Source: Lama glama
Taxonomy: Eukaryota
Direction: 5' to 3'
Assembly: GCA_028534125.1 (NCBI GenBank)
Contig: CM052818.1
Location: forward strand, 40,674,001-40,738,000
DNA: 64,000 bases
Part shown: in pieces, positions 1 to 12,620 of the stretch
Layout: each line of letters opens with the position of its first letter
Numbering within the stretch: position 1 is the stretch's first letter
The notes under the pieces: generated by a model
The model's database searches: none
The model's input: the letters and a program-made list of their open reading frames with translations, nothing else
What the model was told of the DNA's origin: nothing
Made by a program: the position numbers and the translations under genes

Positions 1-228
1 AAATGTTAGCCACTATATATAAAAATAGATTTTTAAAAAGTTTCTGCTGTATAGCACAGGGAACTATGCTCAATATCTTGTAATAACCTTTAATGAAAAA
101 GAATATGAAAGCAAATACATGTATATGTATGCATGACTGAGACATTGTGCTGTATGCCAGAAATTGACACATTGTAACTGACGGTACTTCAATTTTAAAA
201 AAATCAAAAATTCTATTAAGAAAAAAAG
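1..228 (+). mobile_element. L1 3' end (artiodactyl/camelid-type), cut by the window edge
   Basis: tatagcacagggaactat...aatgaaaaagaatatga...acttcaattttaaaaaaa; closely similar to the L1 3' UTRs at 39900-40050 and 52320-52490. Confidence 0.85.
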
Positions 229-539
229 AGGGAGAGCAAAAACCCTACTCTTCCGCATCTACAGGAGTTATTTGTAAACCTATCCTCACTTCTCTGTCTT
301 TCAGGAGAGATATAAGATGTGAATATGGTGGTTGTCTGGTCCACGATGTCTTCCCTAATCTGTCGTTGCCACCCTGATTCGTCAGCCTTGGGTATAAACA
401 TTGCCTACATTGCACTGATGCTCTGACAGCACTGAACCACTCCTCACTCAAGCTTCCTCACCATCAAGGGTCAACACTTGCATTTCCTCTAACACTGTCG
501 TGACTTGCTCCCATTGCAACGCTCATCTCTACCACTGCA

Positions 540-725
540 TCGAGCACATCATATTATAATAATTGTGTGTGGCTAGTCACTCTACTGAAATTATGTCAGG
601 TATTTAAGGAAAAGCACCATGTCTTATTCAACCTCTGAATTTTCAGGACTTAACGCAGTGCCTGGCACTGGTCAGTGCTCCGTGAGTGCTACCTGAATAA
701 ATGACTAAATTGAATGAATGACAGT
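540..725 (+). mobile_element. L2 3' end
   Basis: cagtgcctggcac...tgaataaatgactaaattgaatgaatga tail. Confidence 0.65.
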
Positions 726-3700
726 GGAAGTGGGATCAGTGAGCATAATTTAGTTTGGGGTGAATTTAGATGAGAATAAGTTTGTAACCTCAAGGGAATT
801 TTGAATCAAGAATTTCTTTCTCTTCTTTCTGTCTTCCTTCCTTTCTATCTTCCTTAATTTCTTTTCCTTTCTTTCCTATTCTTCTTTTCTTCCTTTCTGA
901 TTTTGTTTTAAGGAATGCTTAAACTGATTGATAGGCTGAATGAAAGAAGGTGAAGATAAAGGACACTGTTGATAACATGTGTGGATGGGGAACAAAAAGT
1001 TGAGGGATATCACACAGACTGTCTCATTTTTCTCGGTGAAAACAAAGGGAAATGGTGCAGATGATGAGAAAAATTCTTCAAATGGGACCATAAAATGATA
1101 CAATATCTATGAATTGAGGGTCCCAGTGATAGAATTGCTCTAGTGTTCAGCAAGTTAGGAAAGCCTGGGTTTCTATAGACAAGGGAAATAAAACAAGAGG
1201 AAGCTGACAGGCTGGATGAAGTAGGAGAATCTGAAACTGGAGGTCACTGGAAAACAGAAGAGAGAGATTGTGAGAAAATGCAGATCAGAGGTCTTGGAGG
1301 ATAGGGGACTGTGATCAGGTCTCTAACATGGAGTGGTTCCAAGTGATGCTGAGGAATGTGCGCTGACGGAAAAAAGGGAGGTACAGCCACTAAGTGGAGG
1401 CGGTGGAAGAACTGTAAGGCCAAAGTGCAGGCTGTCCTTCACACAGGTCCTGAAGTCACTCAAGATGACAGCAGGACTTGGAATGGAGAAGAAGCTATGA
1501 TGCAGACATTAGACCTAAAAAAGCTGTGTTTACCCATGAGTGAGGAAGTAATGGTCCACAAGTAGATGCAAGAGGGAGTTAGAGTTTTCCAGTGTCCCTT
1601 CTCCAAAACCCTCCATTCTGGGGTCTTATTCCCAGGAATCAACACACAGGTTTTCTACCATTCATTCGCTAATGCACTTCGCAATTTGACTCCACAGTTC
1701 TCAACTCTTCCTTTGGCAGAGGTTGTAGGCACCAACTTCTTTTACCCCCTTTAGAAGCTGTCACCATCTATCACAGTCTTCAGAATAATGCTTCCCCAAG
1801 TCCAGCTGTGGAAGATCAAGTTCTCATACCACGCCAGGGCAGCCCAGACATGTTCTTGTGCAACTCAAGACCTCTGTTGAAACCTTGTATCCCAAGCACC
1901 CATGGAGCGAAGTGGGAGAAGAAGTGTGGGAACAAAGGAACACGGTGTGAGGGGTTGCTCTGTCCTAAGATAGTCTGGTACAGAGTTGGCAACGCGGGGA
2001 GATGTGATAAGCTGGGCCACGAGAGTAAGAGTGGGAGCCCAGACCAGTGACCACGTGATAGCTGTCCAAGACCCTTCACTTCATCACAGGAAGATACATA
2101 GCTCATTTTTGGAGGCCAACCATTTTACTGAAATATGGCACACCATGTTTTAAAAAGCATCCGTTTTCGACTAAACTGATAACACTGGAAAGCAACATAT
2201 TGCTGGGAAAATGTTCTCTAAGACACTCAGTGGTTTTAGTCCTAGGGGCTCCCTTCCTCATCTCTGCTATCTCTTTAATGTATAGATTCTCACTTAAGTT
2301 GGCCTGAATTTCTGTTTATAGTGGCCCCAGGCTTTTATAGATGGAACTAATGCCTAGAGAGGAAATGATTTTCTCAAGATTACAGAGCAGGTGACTAGTC
2401 GAATCTGAATTGGGACCCTGATCTCCTAGCCACTAATTCAATCCTATTTTTACTTTAATGTGATGCCACTGGAGGGGAATAAAGGATTCAGTTCTGCAGA
2501 AGTGGATCTTCTCCCAAGTAACTTAACACGAAATGGTGTTTTCTGTTACTACCAGACATAAATACCGTTCAGATAGTTCCTTCAGTTTATTACTTTTTTC
2601 CTTGTGAACTTACTCATGTCATTCTGTTCCAGGCCACATGCTGATATAGCAAAAGGCTTTGGTGCAAACTGAGATATATTTTTATTCTAACCACAAGTTT
2701 ACATACTGACAACAGCCAGATGGTCTCAATTTTCTGGGACAGATTTATGTCCAGTATTCAAACATCACGTCCCTGTGTTTTACTTCTATTTCCATGTACT
2801 ATATTCTGACCATGGTATTGATTTGTTAAAATAATTGCTAAGTGGGTTTAAGACTTTTCACATAAACCAATTCACAAATCAGTAAAATGATCCTTTGTTA
2901 GAAAATGAGTTCAAATCTGTGATTTGGGAAAATAAAAATAGCATCACATGGTCTTGTTTTCTCTACTACCTGCAAATTAAATTTAAGCCTGCCCTTCAGA
3001 GAGTAACGATTGTGTTTCCAAAGTCTGATGAAGAAGAAAATGCTGTGAAGATAGAAGTTTCCAAAGGAACAGTGATATTAATGTATATTTCAGCTTCCGA
3101 GGTAGTTTCTTGGAGGCAAGAAGAACAGGGCAGGATCCAGTAAGAACTCATCTTAGTATCACTACTGTTCATCAAAATCAAAGATCCCACAGTAATTAAA
3201 TTAGGTGCAACTACAGAAAACAGGAAAAAAATAATATAAGAGTAGGTTATAAAAGAAAACAAACAACATTTTATACAAAATAACAGTGATTTAAACCACA
3301 AATAGTGATTTTTTTTAAAATAAGTTACAGAAATCAAGAACTGAGTGTTAAGTTCAAGAACAGATTAGGAGGCAGGGAAATCAGTCAAAATGTAGAAGAG
3401 TTTAACAACACAATTAACATAAATGACCTAATTGATAGAACTCTGTCCCCAGTACTTGGAGTATGCACATTTGTTGCAAATGTCAATAAAATATTTACCA
3501 AAATTGTACATCTGCTAAACCACAAGCAAGCACCAACAATTTCAAACATGAAAATCACTTAGTGTGTGTTTCTCATCATAATTAGAAAATTTAGATGTAA
3601 ATCAATCATAAAATGCAGAGAGAAACCCCTACATGTTTGAGATTAAGTGATATACTTCTAAATCACCCGTGAGTCAAAGAATGAATCACAAAAATTATAA

Positions 3701-4834
3701 AGTTATTTTGAATTATATGGTAATAAAAACTCATAGGAGTACCAAAATGTATAGTCTTAATTGTATATATTGAAAAGGGCACAAAGCTAAAAGTCAGTGA
3801 TGTATCCCTCTCCAAAAGTTAGAAAAATGGCAAACAATTAAACCTAAAAATAATGGAAGAGAAAAATAATAACAATAATAGCATAATTAATAAAATATAA
3901 AACAAAAGGAGAATAGAAAAAATAAAGCTGAAAGAAAGTTCTTTTAAAAGACTAATAAAATAGGTAAACCCTTGGCAAGACTGGTCAAGATAGAGAAGAC
4001 ACAAATTACTGATAAGAGAATGAAAAAGGACACAGCATTATAATTTGTGCAGAAGTTGAAGGTGTAATGAAAATATATTTAAATAATTTTATGCCCAAAA
4101 CTGAAAAGTTAGAAGAAATGGGCAAATTTCTAGAAAAAACACAACTTACCATACTGATACAGGAAGAAATAGAAAATCTCAGTGATCCTTCATCTATTTA
4201 AAAGTTGGATCTATAACTTAAAACACTAAAAATATATATTAAACACTAAAAAATATATTAAAACAAAATTTCACAAGTTTGCTCCATTGGTGAATTTTTT
4301 CAAACAATTGAGGAAGAAATAGAAAAAAAAATTATACAAATTTTTTCAGAGGTTAGTGCAAGAGGGAACAATTCTCTGTTCAATTCATGAGGCCAACATA
4401 ACATTGACACCAAAACAAGAAGGAAATTATGATAAAGGAAAACCAGGCTCTCTCACTTAAAAACATAAAACAGAAAATTCTAAGCAAAGTATTAGCAACT
4501 GAAATCCAGCAATACACATACACGCATGCACATATGCACATAAAAACAAAGTTATACTTATCATAGGAATGCAAAATTGATATAACTTCCCAAAGTAAAC
4601 CAAAGTTTGACAACTAATTCTGGGATAATTGATATCCAGTCACACTATACACAAAATGCAACTCAGAGTGGATTATAGACCTAAATGTAAGTGCTTAAAA
4701 CCATAAAACTCTTGGAGGATAACATAGGAGTAGGTCTTTGTAAAGCTGGCTGTTGATTTCTTTTATACAAAACTAAAATTTCAACTAAGAAGAGAAAAAA
4801 TTGGTACATTGAACTGCATCAAAATTTTAAACTT

Positions 4835-5051
4835 AAAAAAAATTTTTTATTATTGAAAGATAGTCAGTTTACAATGTTGTGTCAATTCCTGGTGTACAGC
4901 ATAATGTTTCTGTCATACATGTGCCCATATTCCTTATTATATTCTTTTTCATTATAGGTTACTACAAGATATCGAATATAGTTCCCTGTGCTGTTCAGTA
5001 TAAACATGTTTATCTACTTTATATATAGTAGTTAGTATCTGAAAATCTTGA
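4835..5051 (-). mobile_element. 5'-truncated younger L1 3' end inserted into the old L1
   Basis: Reverse of the L1 3' UTR seen at 1-228. TSD aaaattttaaactt (4821-4834) / aaaatttaaaactt (5052-5065). Confidence 0.85.
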
Positions 5052-5353
5052 AAAATTTAAAACTTTTGTCCTGCAAACTATACCATCAAGAAAGTATAAA
5101 GAAAACCCACAAAATGGGAGAAGATTTTGGCAAACCATATATCTGATAAGGAATTTGTATCTTAAATATATAAACTATAAAGCTCAATATTAAAGAGATA
5201 GCTGTTCCAATTTAAAAATAAGTGAAATTTCCAAATAAACATGTCTTCAAAGAAGATACATAAAGAGCCATAAAGCTCAGGAAAAAGGGTCAGTCATTAA
5301 AGAAAATGCACATCCAAACCACAGTGAAACACCACTTCGTAGCCAGTGATGTG

Positions 5354-5746
5354 GGGTGTTAGTTTGCCGGGGCTACTGCAACAAAGTACCACATGCTGGG
5401 TGGCTTAGACAACAGAAATTCATTTTCTCACAATTCTAGAGGTCAGAAGTCTGAGATCAAGGTGTCGGCAGGGTTGGTTCCTTCTGAGACTGCTCTCCTT
5501 GACTGGTAGATGGCCATCTCCTCTCTGTCTTCACCTGGTCTTCCCTTCGTATGTGTCTGTCCAAATGTCCTCTTCTTATAAGGACACCAGTCATATTGGA
5601 TTAGGACCAACCCATACTTATGACCTCATTTTTACTTAACTATCTCTTTAAAGACTCGGTTTCCAAATATAGTCACATCCCAAGGTACTGAAAGTTAGGA
5701 CTTCAACATACAAATTTGGGGGAAGACATAATTCAGCTCAAATAAG
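5354..5746 (-). mobile_element. MaLR solo LTR (MLT1A-like) inserted into the old L1
   Basis: aacaacagaaattcattttctcacaattctagagg...aagtctgagatcaaggtgtcggcagggttggttccttctgag...aggacttcaacata. Confidence 0.85.
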
Positions 5747-7510
5747 ATGACTGGAATCAGAAAGACAGACAGTAAATATGTGTGGGGAAAATGCAGAGAA
5801 ACTGGAATCCTCATACATTGCTGCTGGGAATGTAAAATGGTGCAGCTGCCTTGAAAAACAATTTTGGCCTTTTCTTAAAAAGCTAAACATAGGTTTATTA
5901 TAAAATCCAGCAATTCCGCTCTTAGGTAACACCCAAGAGATTTAAAAACGGAAGACGTCACAAAACTACCACATGAATGCATGATAGCATCACCATTCAA
6001 AGTAGTCAAAAAGTAGAAACAACCCAGTTGTCCACCAGCGGATGAGTAGATATGTAAAATGTAGGATCTCCATATAATTAAGTATTATTTAGCAATAAAA
6101 AGGAATAAAGTAATGCTACATGCTACAATGTGGATGACCCTTGAGAACATTATGCTAAGTGAAAGAAGTTAATCATAAAAGATCACATATTGTAGATTCC
6201 ATTTATATGAAATGTCCATAATTGTCAAATAAATCTCTTGTGACAGTATATTAGTGGTTGCTTGGGGACAGAGGACTTTGTTCATATTCATCCAACTGTA
6301 CTCCTTTGATGTGTGAACTTTTATATATTTTATGATTCAATAAAAATGTTTATTAAAAGAAAATGTGTAAGTAAATAGAATATAACTAATTGGTCTGAAC
6401 AGAAAGAAAATTATGTATATATACATATGTAAGGTCCTATACATAGGAGCACACAGAGATGAATCGGACGCCATGACTCCTCTCAAGGAGATCACGATCT
6501 AATTAGAAGACTTAAAAACCAGACAGGGATAGCAGAATCTTAGCTGACAAGGCAGAAACCTTGCTGAGGGTATGAGAATTCAACTGGAAAAATAAAACCT
6601 GGATGCAAGATTGCCCTGATATCTTCCAGAAGCTCTTCTTTCACAGCCGAGCACTTGACACAACCAGTTTGTCCCACATCACCTTCATAGGAGCATCCTG
6701 CCAGGTGGAGGTGGCCTTGGCTTATCCCAGACAGAAAGTTCATGGCCTTTGAGGCTGAATTTGAGGCTGGTTCATGCAAAGCTCCAACAAATTCATGAGA
6801 CTACATTCCTTCTAAGGAGGGCCGTGGGAGCTTGGCAACTGCTGAAAAATCTCAGAAGTCATGAAAGACTTTCAGGGTAATGAATCCGTATTTCAGAGGG
6901 GAAAGCTGAGGCCCAGGGAGGGGAAGAAACTCAGTGAGGGTCACCAGCCCATCACTGCTACCACAGTACAGTTGTCTTCTCTTGGACACAGTTTCCATTT
7001 GGAATAAGCTAAAGTCATTACGAAGTTGAAGAACAATATAGCAATGTATTCAACTTGTATCTGTGGTTGAAAGAAATAGGCTATTTGATATTTTATGTTT
7101 CAATTTTCTGTGCACTAAAAAAAAAGTGCAAAAGTACAGAGACTCTGCACTGCTGTATGTGGGCATATAATATATAGATTTACAAGGAAATCTGCAAGGA
7201 AAATACCAACATTCTTTGGCACAGAAAACCCCCAAAGTTAAAACAGCATCCTCTCAATTTTGTTAGCCAATCAAGCAGAAATTGCAGTATTTCTTAATTC
7301 ATGTTTTTTCTCTTTTCTTAGTCCAAGGCACTAGGAATACATTTATGGAAACTTGTACCATTCCATGTCCTGTTCTCATAGCACTGGTAATGATTTCCAG
7401 GGACATGAAATTGTGTAAGTGAATTTGCACTCTGATGCCCCTGCGTCTGAAGGTTTTCCATGCTGGAATCAGTCCCGGCAAAATTTAGTACAGCCACATT
7501 AAGATTACAT

Positions 7511-7803
7511 TTTAAAAAACAATGTGCATGCCTTAATTCAAAAGCACATTGATGCTAAAAAATGTTTACCATTACCTGAACCTTCGGCAAGTAGTAATTT
7601 TTGACAATAGTAACATCAAAGATCACTGATCACAGAGCACCATATCAAATAAAATGATAATGAAAACGTTTGAACTATTGTGGAAATCATCAAACTGTGA
7701 CACAGAGACACAAAGTGAGCAACGGCTGTTGAAAACAATGGCATCAATAGACTTACTTAATGGCAGGATTGCCATAAACGTTTAATTTGTAAAAATGCAA
7801 TAT
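7511..7803 (-). mobile_element. Internally deleted Tigger1 derivative (Tigger1a-like DNA transposon)
   Basis: gtaacatcaaagatcactgatcacag...tgtgacacagagacacaaagtgagca...tagacttac matches the Tigger1 5' region reversed and is joined directly to 3'-region sequence (tgctaaaaaatg...). TIRs not visible. Confidence 0.8.
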
Positions 7804-7930
7804 ATATGGTAGAGGTGACGGTTCCCAGACAAATGAAGATGGGTTCCATCTACTTCCTAAGACTTCGGCCTTCAGAGAAGTCTTCTCTTCTACCACATGG
7901 AGGAAAAAGGTGCCAGTAAGTCTGCCCAAC

Positions 7931-8250
7931 TGTGACAGGCAACCTCTGCCTCCTCCTAGTATTCACACCCTGAGTGTGGGCTCGACCTGGTGAATCACTT
8001 CTAAGGAATTAATGCAGCAAAGGTAAAAGGATGTCACTTGCAAGATCAAGATACAGAAGGGCTGTGATTTCTTTCTTGAGCACATAGTCTCTCCCCTTCT
8101 CTCCCTTGCTCTCTTATCTCTCTGGCTCGCTCTGTCTGGGGGGATCTAGCTGTTGCATTGTCAGCTACCTTCTGGAGAATCCCACATGGAAGGGAGTTGA
8201 GATCAATTCCCAGCCAACAGCCAGCGGGACACTGAGGCCCTCTCTTCCTC
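7931..8250 (+). mobile_element. MaLR LTR fragment (MLT1F-like)
   Basis: gagtgtgggctcgacctggtgaatcacttcta...ggatgtcacttgcaagat...cagccaacagccagcgggacactgaggccctc. Confidence 0.7.
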
Positions 8251-8479
8251 CTCTTTCTCCTCTGAGGTCTGGGGCACCCACACATTACCACTTGGTTTTT
8301 CTCTGATTCATATGTGTGCTAGATTGAAGCTCCTTAAGGGAGGGTCCTAAACGTGTACCCCTCCATGTCTCCCCACTAATATTTGCCACAGTGTTGGGTG
8401 CATGGAGCCTCAAAAAATATTTTTTGAATAAATTAATGCCATTGAGTCTTATAATAAATACCCTTGGTCAAACTCAAAT

Positions 8480-8708
8480 TCTTTCTTTCTCTTTCTTTGT
8501 TTTGTTTTCTTCTCTTCCTTCCTTCCTTCCTTCCTTCCTTCCTTCATTCCTTCCTTCCTGTCTTCCTCTCTCTCTCTCTTTCTTCCTCTCTCTCTCTCCC
8601 TTTCTTTCTCTCTCCCTTTCTTTCTCGCTCCCTTTCTTTCTCTCTCCCTTTCTTTCTTTCTTTCTTTCTTTCTCTCTTTCTCTCTTCCTCTCTTTCTCTC
8701 TTTCTTTC
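8480..8708. repeat. Polypyrimidine simple repeat (TTCC)n/(TC)n/(TTTC)n
   Basis: Directly visible ~230-bp pyrimidine tract. Confidence 0.95.
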
Positions 8709-8799
8709 AGGAAACATTTTCTGAGTGCATACATGTACTCATCATTCAAAGAGAATTGGGAATAGAAAGATAAATTAGACATAATTTCTGCTCCGACAC

Positions 8800-9256
8800 T
8801 ATGTTATCTTTCAATGCTGTTGTAAAACTAATTGCCAGCAGTAGTTTAAACAATACAAATTTACTTTAGAATTCTGTGGTGCAGAAGTCTGATATGGTCT
8901 TAGTGGGCTGAACTCAAGGTTTTGACAGGGGAGCTTTCTAGAAGTTTCCTTGCCTTTTCCAGCTTCTAGAGGCTGCCTGCATTCCTTGGCTCCACCTTAA
9001 AAGCCAAGAATGGTAGGTTGGATCCTTTTCATGCTGCCACCTCTCTGGTTCTCTGACATCTGAAAAGGTTCTTCACTTTCAGTGATGTATGTGAGTAGAC
9101 TGGGCACATTTAAATAATACAGGAAACTCTTCCCCTCTCTGGATCTTTAACCTTAATCACATCTGTAAGTCTCTTTTGCCACGTAAGGTAACATATTCAC
9201 AGGCTCCAGGGAGGATGGCATGACGACCTTCAGGGGACATTACTCTGCCTTCCACA
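8800..9256 (-). mobile_element. MaLR solo LTR (MLT1C/D-like)
   Basis: ccttgccttttccagcttctagaggctgcctgcattccttggc...ttaatcacatctgtaagtctcttttgccacgtaaggtaacatattcacagg...ttccaca; reverse homolog of 54188-54668. Confidence 0.85.
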
Positions 9257-10639
9257 CGCTCTCCTTGTCTGTCACTGCACCAAGTCAGCCAACTTGTGCG
9301 TGGGAGTCCTCTGTGCTCAGATGGCTCTGTCTTGTGGCTAACAGGGGATGTGCTGGGGTCTGCAAAAGGGCTTGACGTTGGGGGAAGCAGAAGAAACACA
9401 GTTTAGCTTAAAATAAAAGCCATATAAAAGGCAGGGCTGAAGCTGGCTCTCCTTCTAATGAAAGCCAGAATTTCTTTGATTGATTGGTGGCTACTGGGTT
9501 CCCACCTCCTAGGACTTCATTTTGCCTCCCCTGATAAGAGTGGAGATTTTATACCTCTTCTGTAGTACCACTTGTCCATGCCACCATCACTCTTTCATTA
9601 CATTTTAAAATCTTTTGATGGACAGTTTGAATGTTCTGTAAGAATCTGCTTGGAGGATACAGCTCTGAGCTTCGGTAAAAGGTGGAGTCTTGAAGAAGAG
9701 TGTCCAGGGCATCTCCCAAACGGGGCCTGTGCTGGGTGGCCGTGGTGGGGTCTGGGGAGGGCGGCGCTTCTGCAGTGGGAGGGCCTTGTTCCAGCCCACC
9801 CCACCCCCACTTACACCACTGCGGATCGGTACCCGGAGCCCTCCGGACACCGAGAGGGACTGTCAGATTCCATTTCTTGTCCCCTGCTCCGAAAGTGGTG
9901 TCGGCTGCCCCAGAATAAAAGGGGGAGGGCACTTCCCATAGGTGATTTAGAAATCAAAATCCCATAGGTTGTTCTCAACTTTATATCCCAGAAAAGCTGC
10001 CCTCAGCCTTACTAATCCTTCCCATTATCTTAGCCCATTTGCTCACATCTGGTCTCATCCATCGTACATGAACTCATGCGTGTTCTTTCTGGACAAAATA
10101 TCTGCAACACTTTGTTCCAGAGTCAGTATTCATTGTTCATACTGCTCTCCTCCCTTCCACTTCACCCCCACCCAAGGTCTACTCCACACGGTGCTTAGCT
10201 ACTCATTAGACCTCAGTGTCTTTTTAATTACAATTTAGTATAACAATGAGTATCTGTTGGATTTAGAATTGCAGAATGCCAGAATCTGAAAGCACCTTTG
10301 ATGTCATCTCTTTTAATCCCCTCATGAAGAATGCTTCAGATATTTAGTTCATTACCTCCCCAGTTTGAAAGACCTGATATTTTTAAGTTCACTAGGACTA
10401 CAGCATCCCCACCTGTGCCACCACAGACTGCTCAGATGTTACAAAAACGTTGCTACGTTGAGTTCTACACATTCAGTGAATTGACCCAACATCAGGCTCC
10501 TAAGTGTCCAGACCTCCTGCACATGCTTAGACCACTTTGATTCAACCAGCCAAGAAAGGGCAACCTAGAGGGCCGTGCAGTAGGTTAGTGTTGCCTCTAC
10601 TTCCTAAATCTCTCTCTCTCTCATATTCAATCGAAAGCT

Positions 10640-10840
10640 ATTTTGGTGCAGCAGAAAGAGCCAGACTTCTGTATTCACAGTTTGGGTCTCACCTCTGCCG
10701 CCCACTAGCTGTATGGTTTAGCACAGCTTCCTGTCTTGTAGGCTGAGGTTAGAAATACTCATCTCCCACAGTTACTGTGATGGTTGAAGTAGATTGTGGA
10801 CAGAAAGAGCAGTGACAGCACCGTCACACGATGAGTACCC
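10640..10840 (+). mobile_element. MIR SINE (degenerate)
   Basis: gcagaaagagccagac...ctctgccgcccactagctgtatg...gttactgtgatggttgaa. Confidence 0.5.
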
Positions 10841-11499
10841 TCTGAATGGCAGCCACCGTCAATAATGGTGACTTTGCTTCTGTGGCGCTGTGGGTAATGA
10901 GGAAGCCACTCGACCCCTTGGGCCCCATATATCTATGAAAGGATGGGACAGGGCCTCCAAAAGAACATCAAGGACTCCAGATGTCACTTTCCAAAAGCCC
11001 AGAAGGACTTGGAGCAAGGCATAATCTGGCACCAACACTGTGCTAAGAAACAAGGCTGTCTGCCTCTTCCACCCTGCCCCACCTCCAAAGCAGAGATGCC
11101 TCCCGGGGTGGAGCAGTGGGATAAACATGAGACTCGGAGAGGATGGTGGAAGGGAGAGCAGAGAGGTCAGTGAGGTCCAGAGAGGGTGAGACCAGAAGGG
11201 GCCAAATGGGCAGGACAAAGATCATGGGAGCCACGTGAGATGTGGGCTAGCATCCACTTGAATGAAAGCCACCTCCAGATTAAAGAGCTTTAAATACGCC
11301 CCAGTTAATGTTTCCGAAGATCCGTTGGCCCATTAATATGTTCATATGGAGGCAAAGAAAGTGTGTGACAGCAACTCCTGAAGACACAAAGCTATACAGC
11401 TGGTGGGCAGGGCTGTGATGTCTACCTCCTCCATCTCTGCGACAGTAGCACTAAGAGCAGTCGTAATCATTACATTCCTTGGATGTCATGTGTTATCTT

Positions 11500-11650
11500 A
11501 AAGTCTTTCTATAGCCACAATTTCCATACTGAAGCACCCAGGGTCAAAGAGGGTAAGGCATCTACCCAAGCTCACACAGTTGGAAAATGGCGAAACTGGG
11601 ACTGAGAAAGAGATCTGTCTGACTCCAAAGCTTCTGGTCTTTTCCACCCC
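11500..11650 (-). mobile_element. MIR SINE
   Basis: agagggtaaggcatctacccaagctcacacag...tctgtctgactccaaagc. Confidence 0.7.
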
Positions 11651-12399
11651 AGTGGTCCCTGTGTCCTGTGGTTCTTTCACACCCAGGAAGCGGCTGACAC
11701 AGAGGAAAGCTGGCCTCTTCCTGGAGTGAGCGTGGCACCCCTCAGGGAATACACCCTCTGCGCTTTGACTCTCACTCAAGAGTCGAAGATTCATCTGAGC
11801 TGCCGGGTGCAATCAAGACATCCCGGGCCCCTGGGAAGTCACCAGCAGTGGCAGGAGAGACCTGTGACATCCAGTGCTTGTGGCTTCTTAGTTTAAACAG
11901 AGGCCGAGTGATTCTTTAGGTGTCCCTGCCAGACCTCCCTTTTGTATCCGGATGATAGTTTCAAACGAGGGCACAAAGCTATGGCTTGTGAAGACCTCTC
12001 ATAGCGAAACAAATGTGTGTTTTTTTTTTTCTCTTAACAGAAATACCCTCTAAGTGAAAAGACCTGGCATTAATGAGCGAAGTGACACTAGAGAATTTAC
12101 ATGTCCTCTAAGCTTCAGTTTTCTAATTTACAAATGGGAAGATGTCACATCCCAGGTGGTTGTGAAAATCCACTGAGGATTGGGTCAATGCTGTGTTCAG
12201 ATGCAATGGCCTTTGAGATGTTTTCCAAGTGTGTGCGTCAGAACAGGCGAGAGTTTCAGTCTAAAGAGTAAGTGAGCTTTGGTGTTTCTGTGGGCACTCT
12301 TTCCTGATACTCTCCCCAACCTCTTGTAGAATTACTCACTACTTTTTTGAGCTCCCATAGCATGGTTCTGAACTCATTTCTGTACTCAATATCCCTATT

Positions 12400-12620
12400 A
12401 CTATGAGCTCTGTGTCCCTAGGACTTAGCCAGGCCCAGTGCCTGGCATTTGTTCATTCACTGATTTATTTCTTCGCCTAACAAGTATTTATTGAGTGCCC
12501 TCTGCCTACCCAGCTGCTAGGAATGCAGACAACATATGCACGTTCCTGCTTTCGCAGTGTTCTGTCTTGTAGGTGTGACATCACAGGTATTCAAAAAATG
12601 TTTGTGGGATGAATGACTGA
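12400..12620. mobile_element. Two L2 3' ends in opposite orientation (minus copy nested in plus copy)
   Basis: cagtgcctggca | ttcattca...aacaagtatttattgagtgcc... | caggtattcaaaaaatgtttgtgggatgaatga. Confidence 0.55.

Larger units (their letters stand above)
3360..6362 (+). mobile_element. Old degenerate L1 (L1MB/L1MC-like) ORF2 remnants and 3' UTR, with internal deletion and two nested insertions
   Basis: A-rich ORF2-like segments (aaatgggcaaatttctagaaaaa, ggattatagacctaaatgtaa, atccagcaattccgctcttagg) and 3' UTR (gagaacattatgctaagtgaaagaag) ending caataaaa. Confidence 0.85.

Noticed and set aside
4221..4260. 20-bp tandem duplication aaacactaaaaatatatatt
   Set aside because: Ordinary slippage duplication inside a dead L1.
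8391..8782. Ser/Leu/Phe-rich and Glu/Arg/Lys-rich ORFs
   Set aside because: Translations of the pyrimidine microsatellite.
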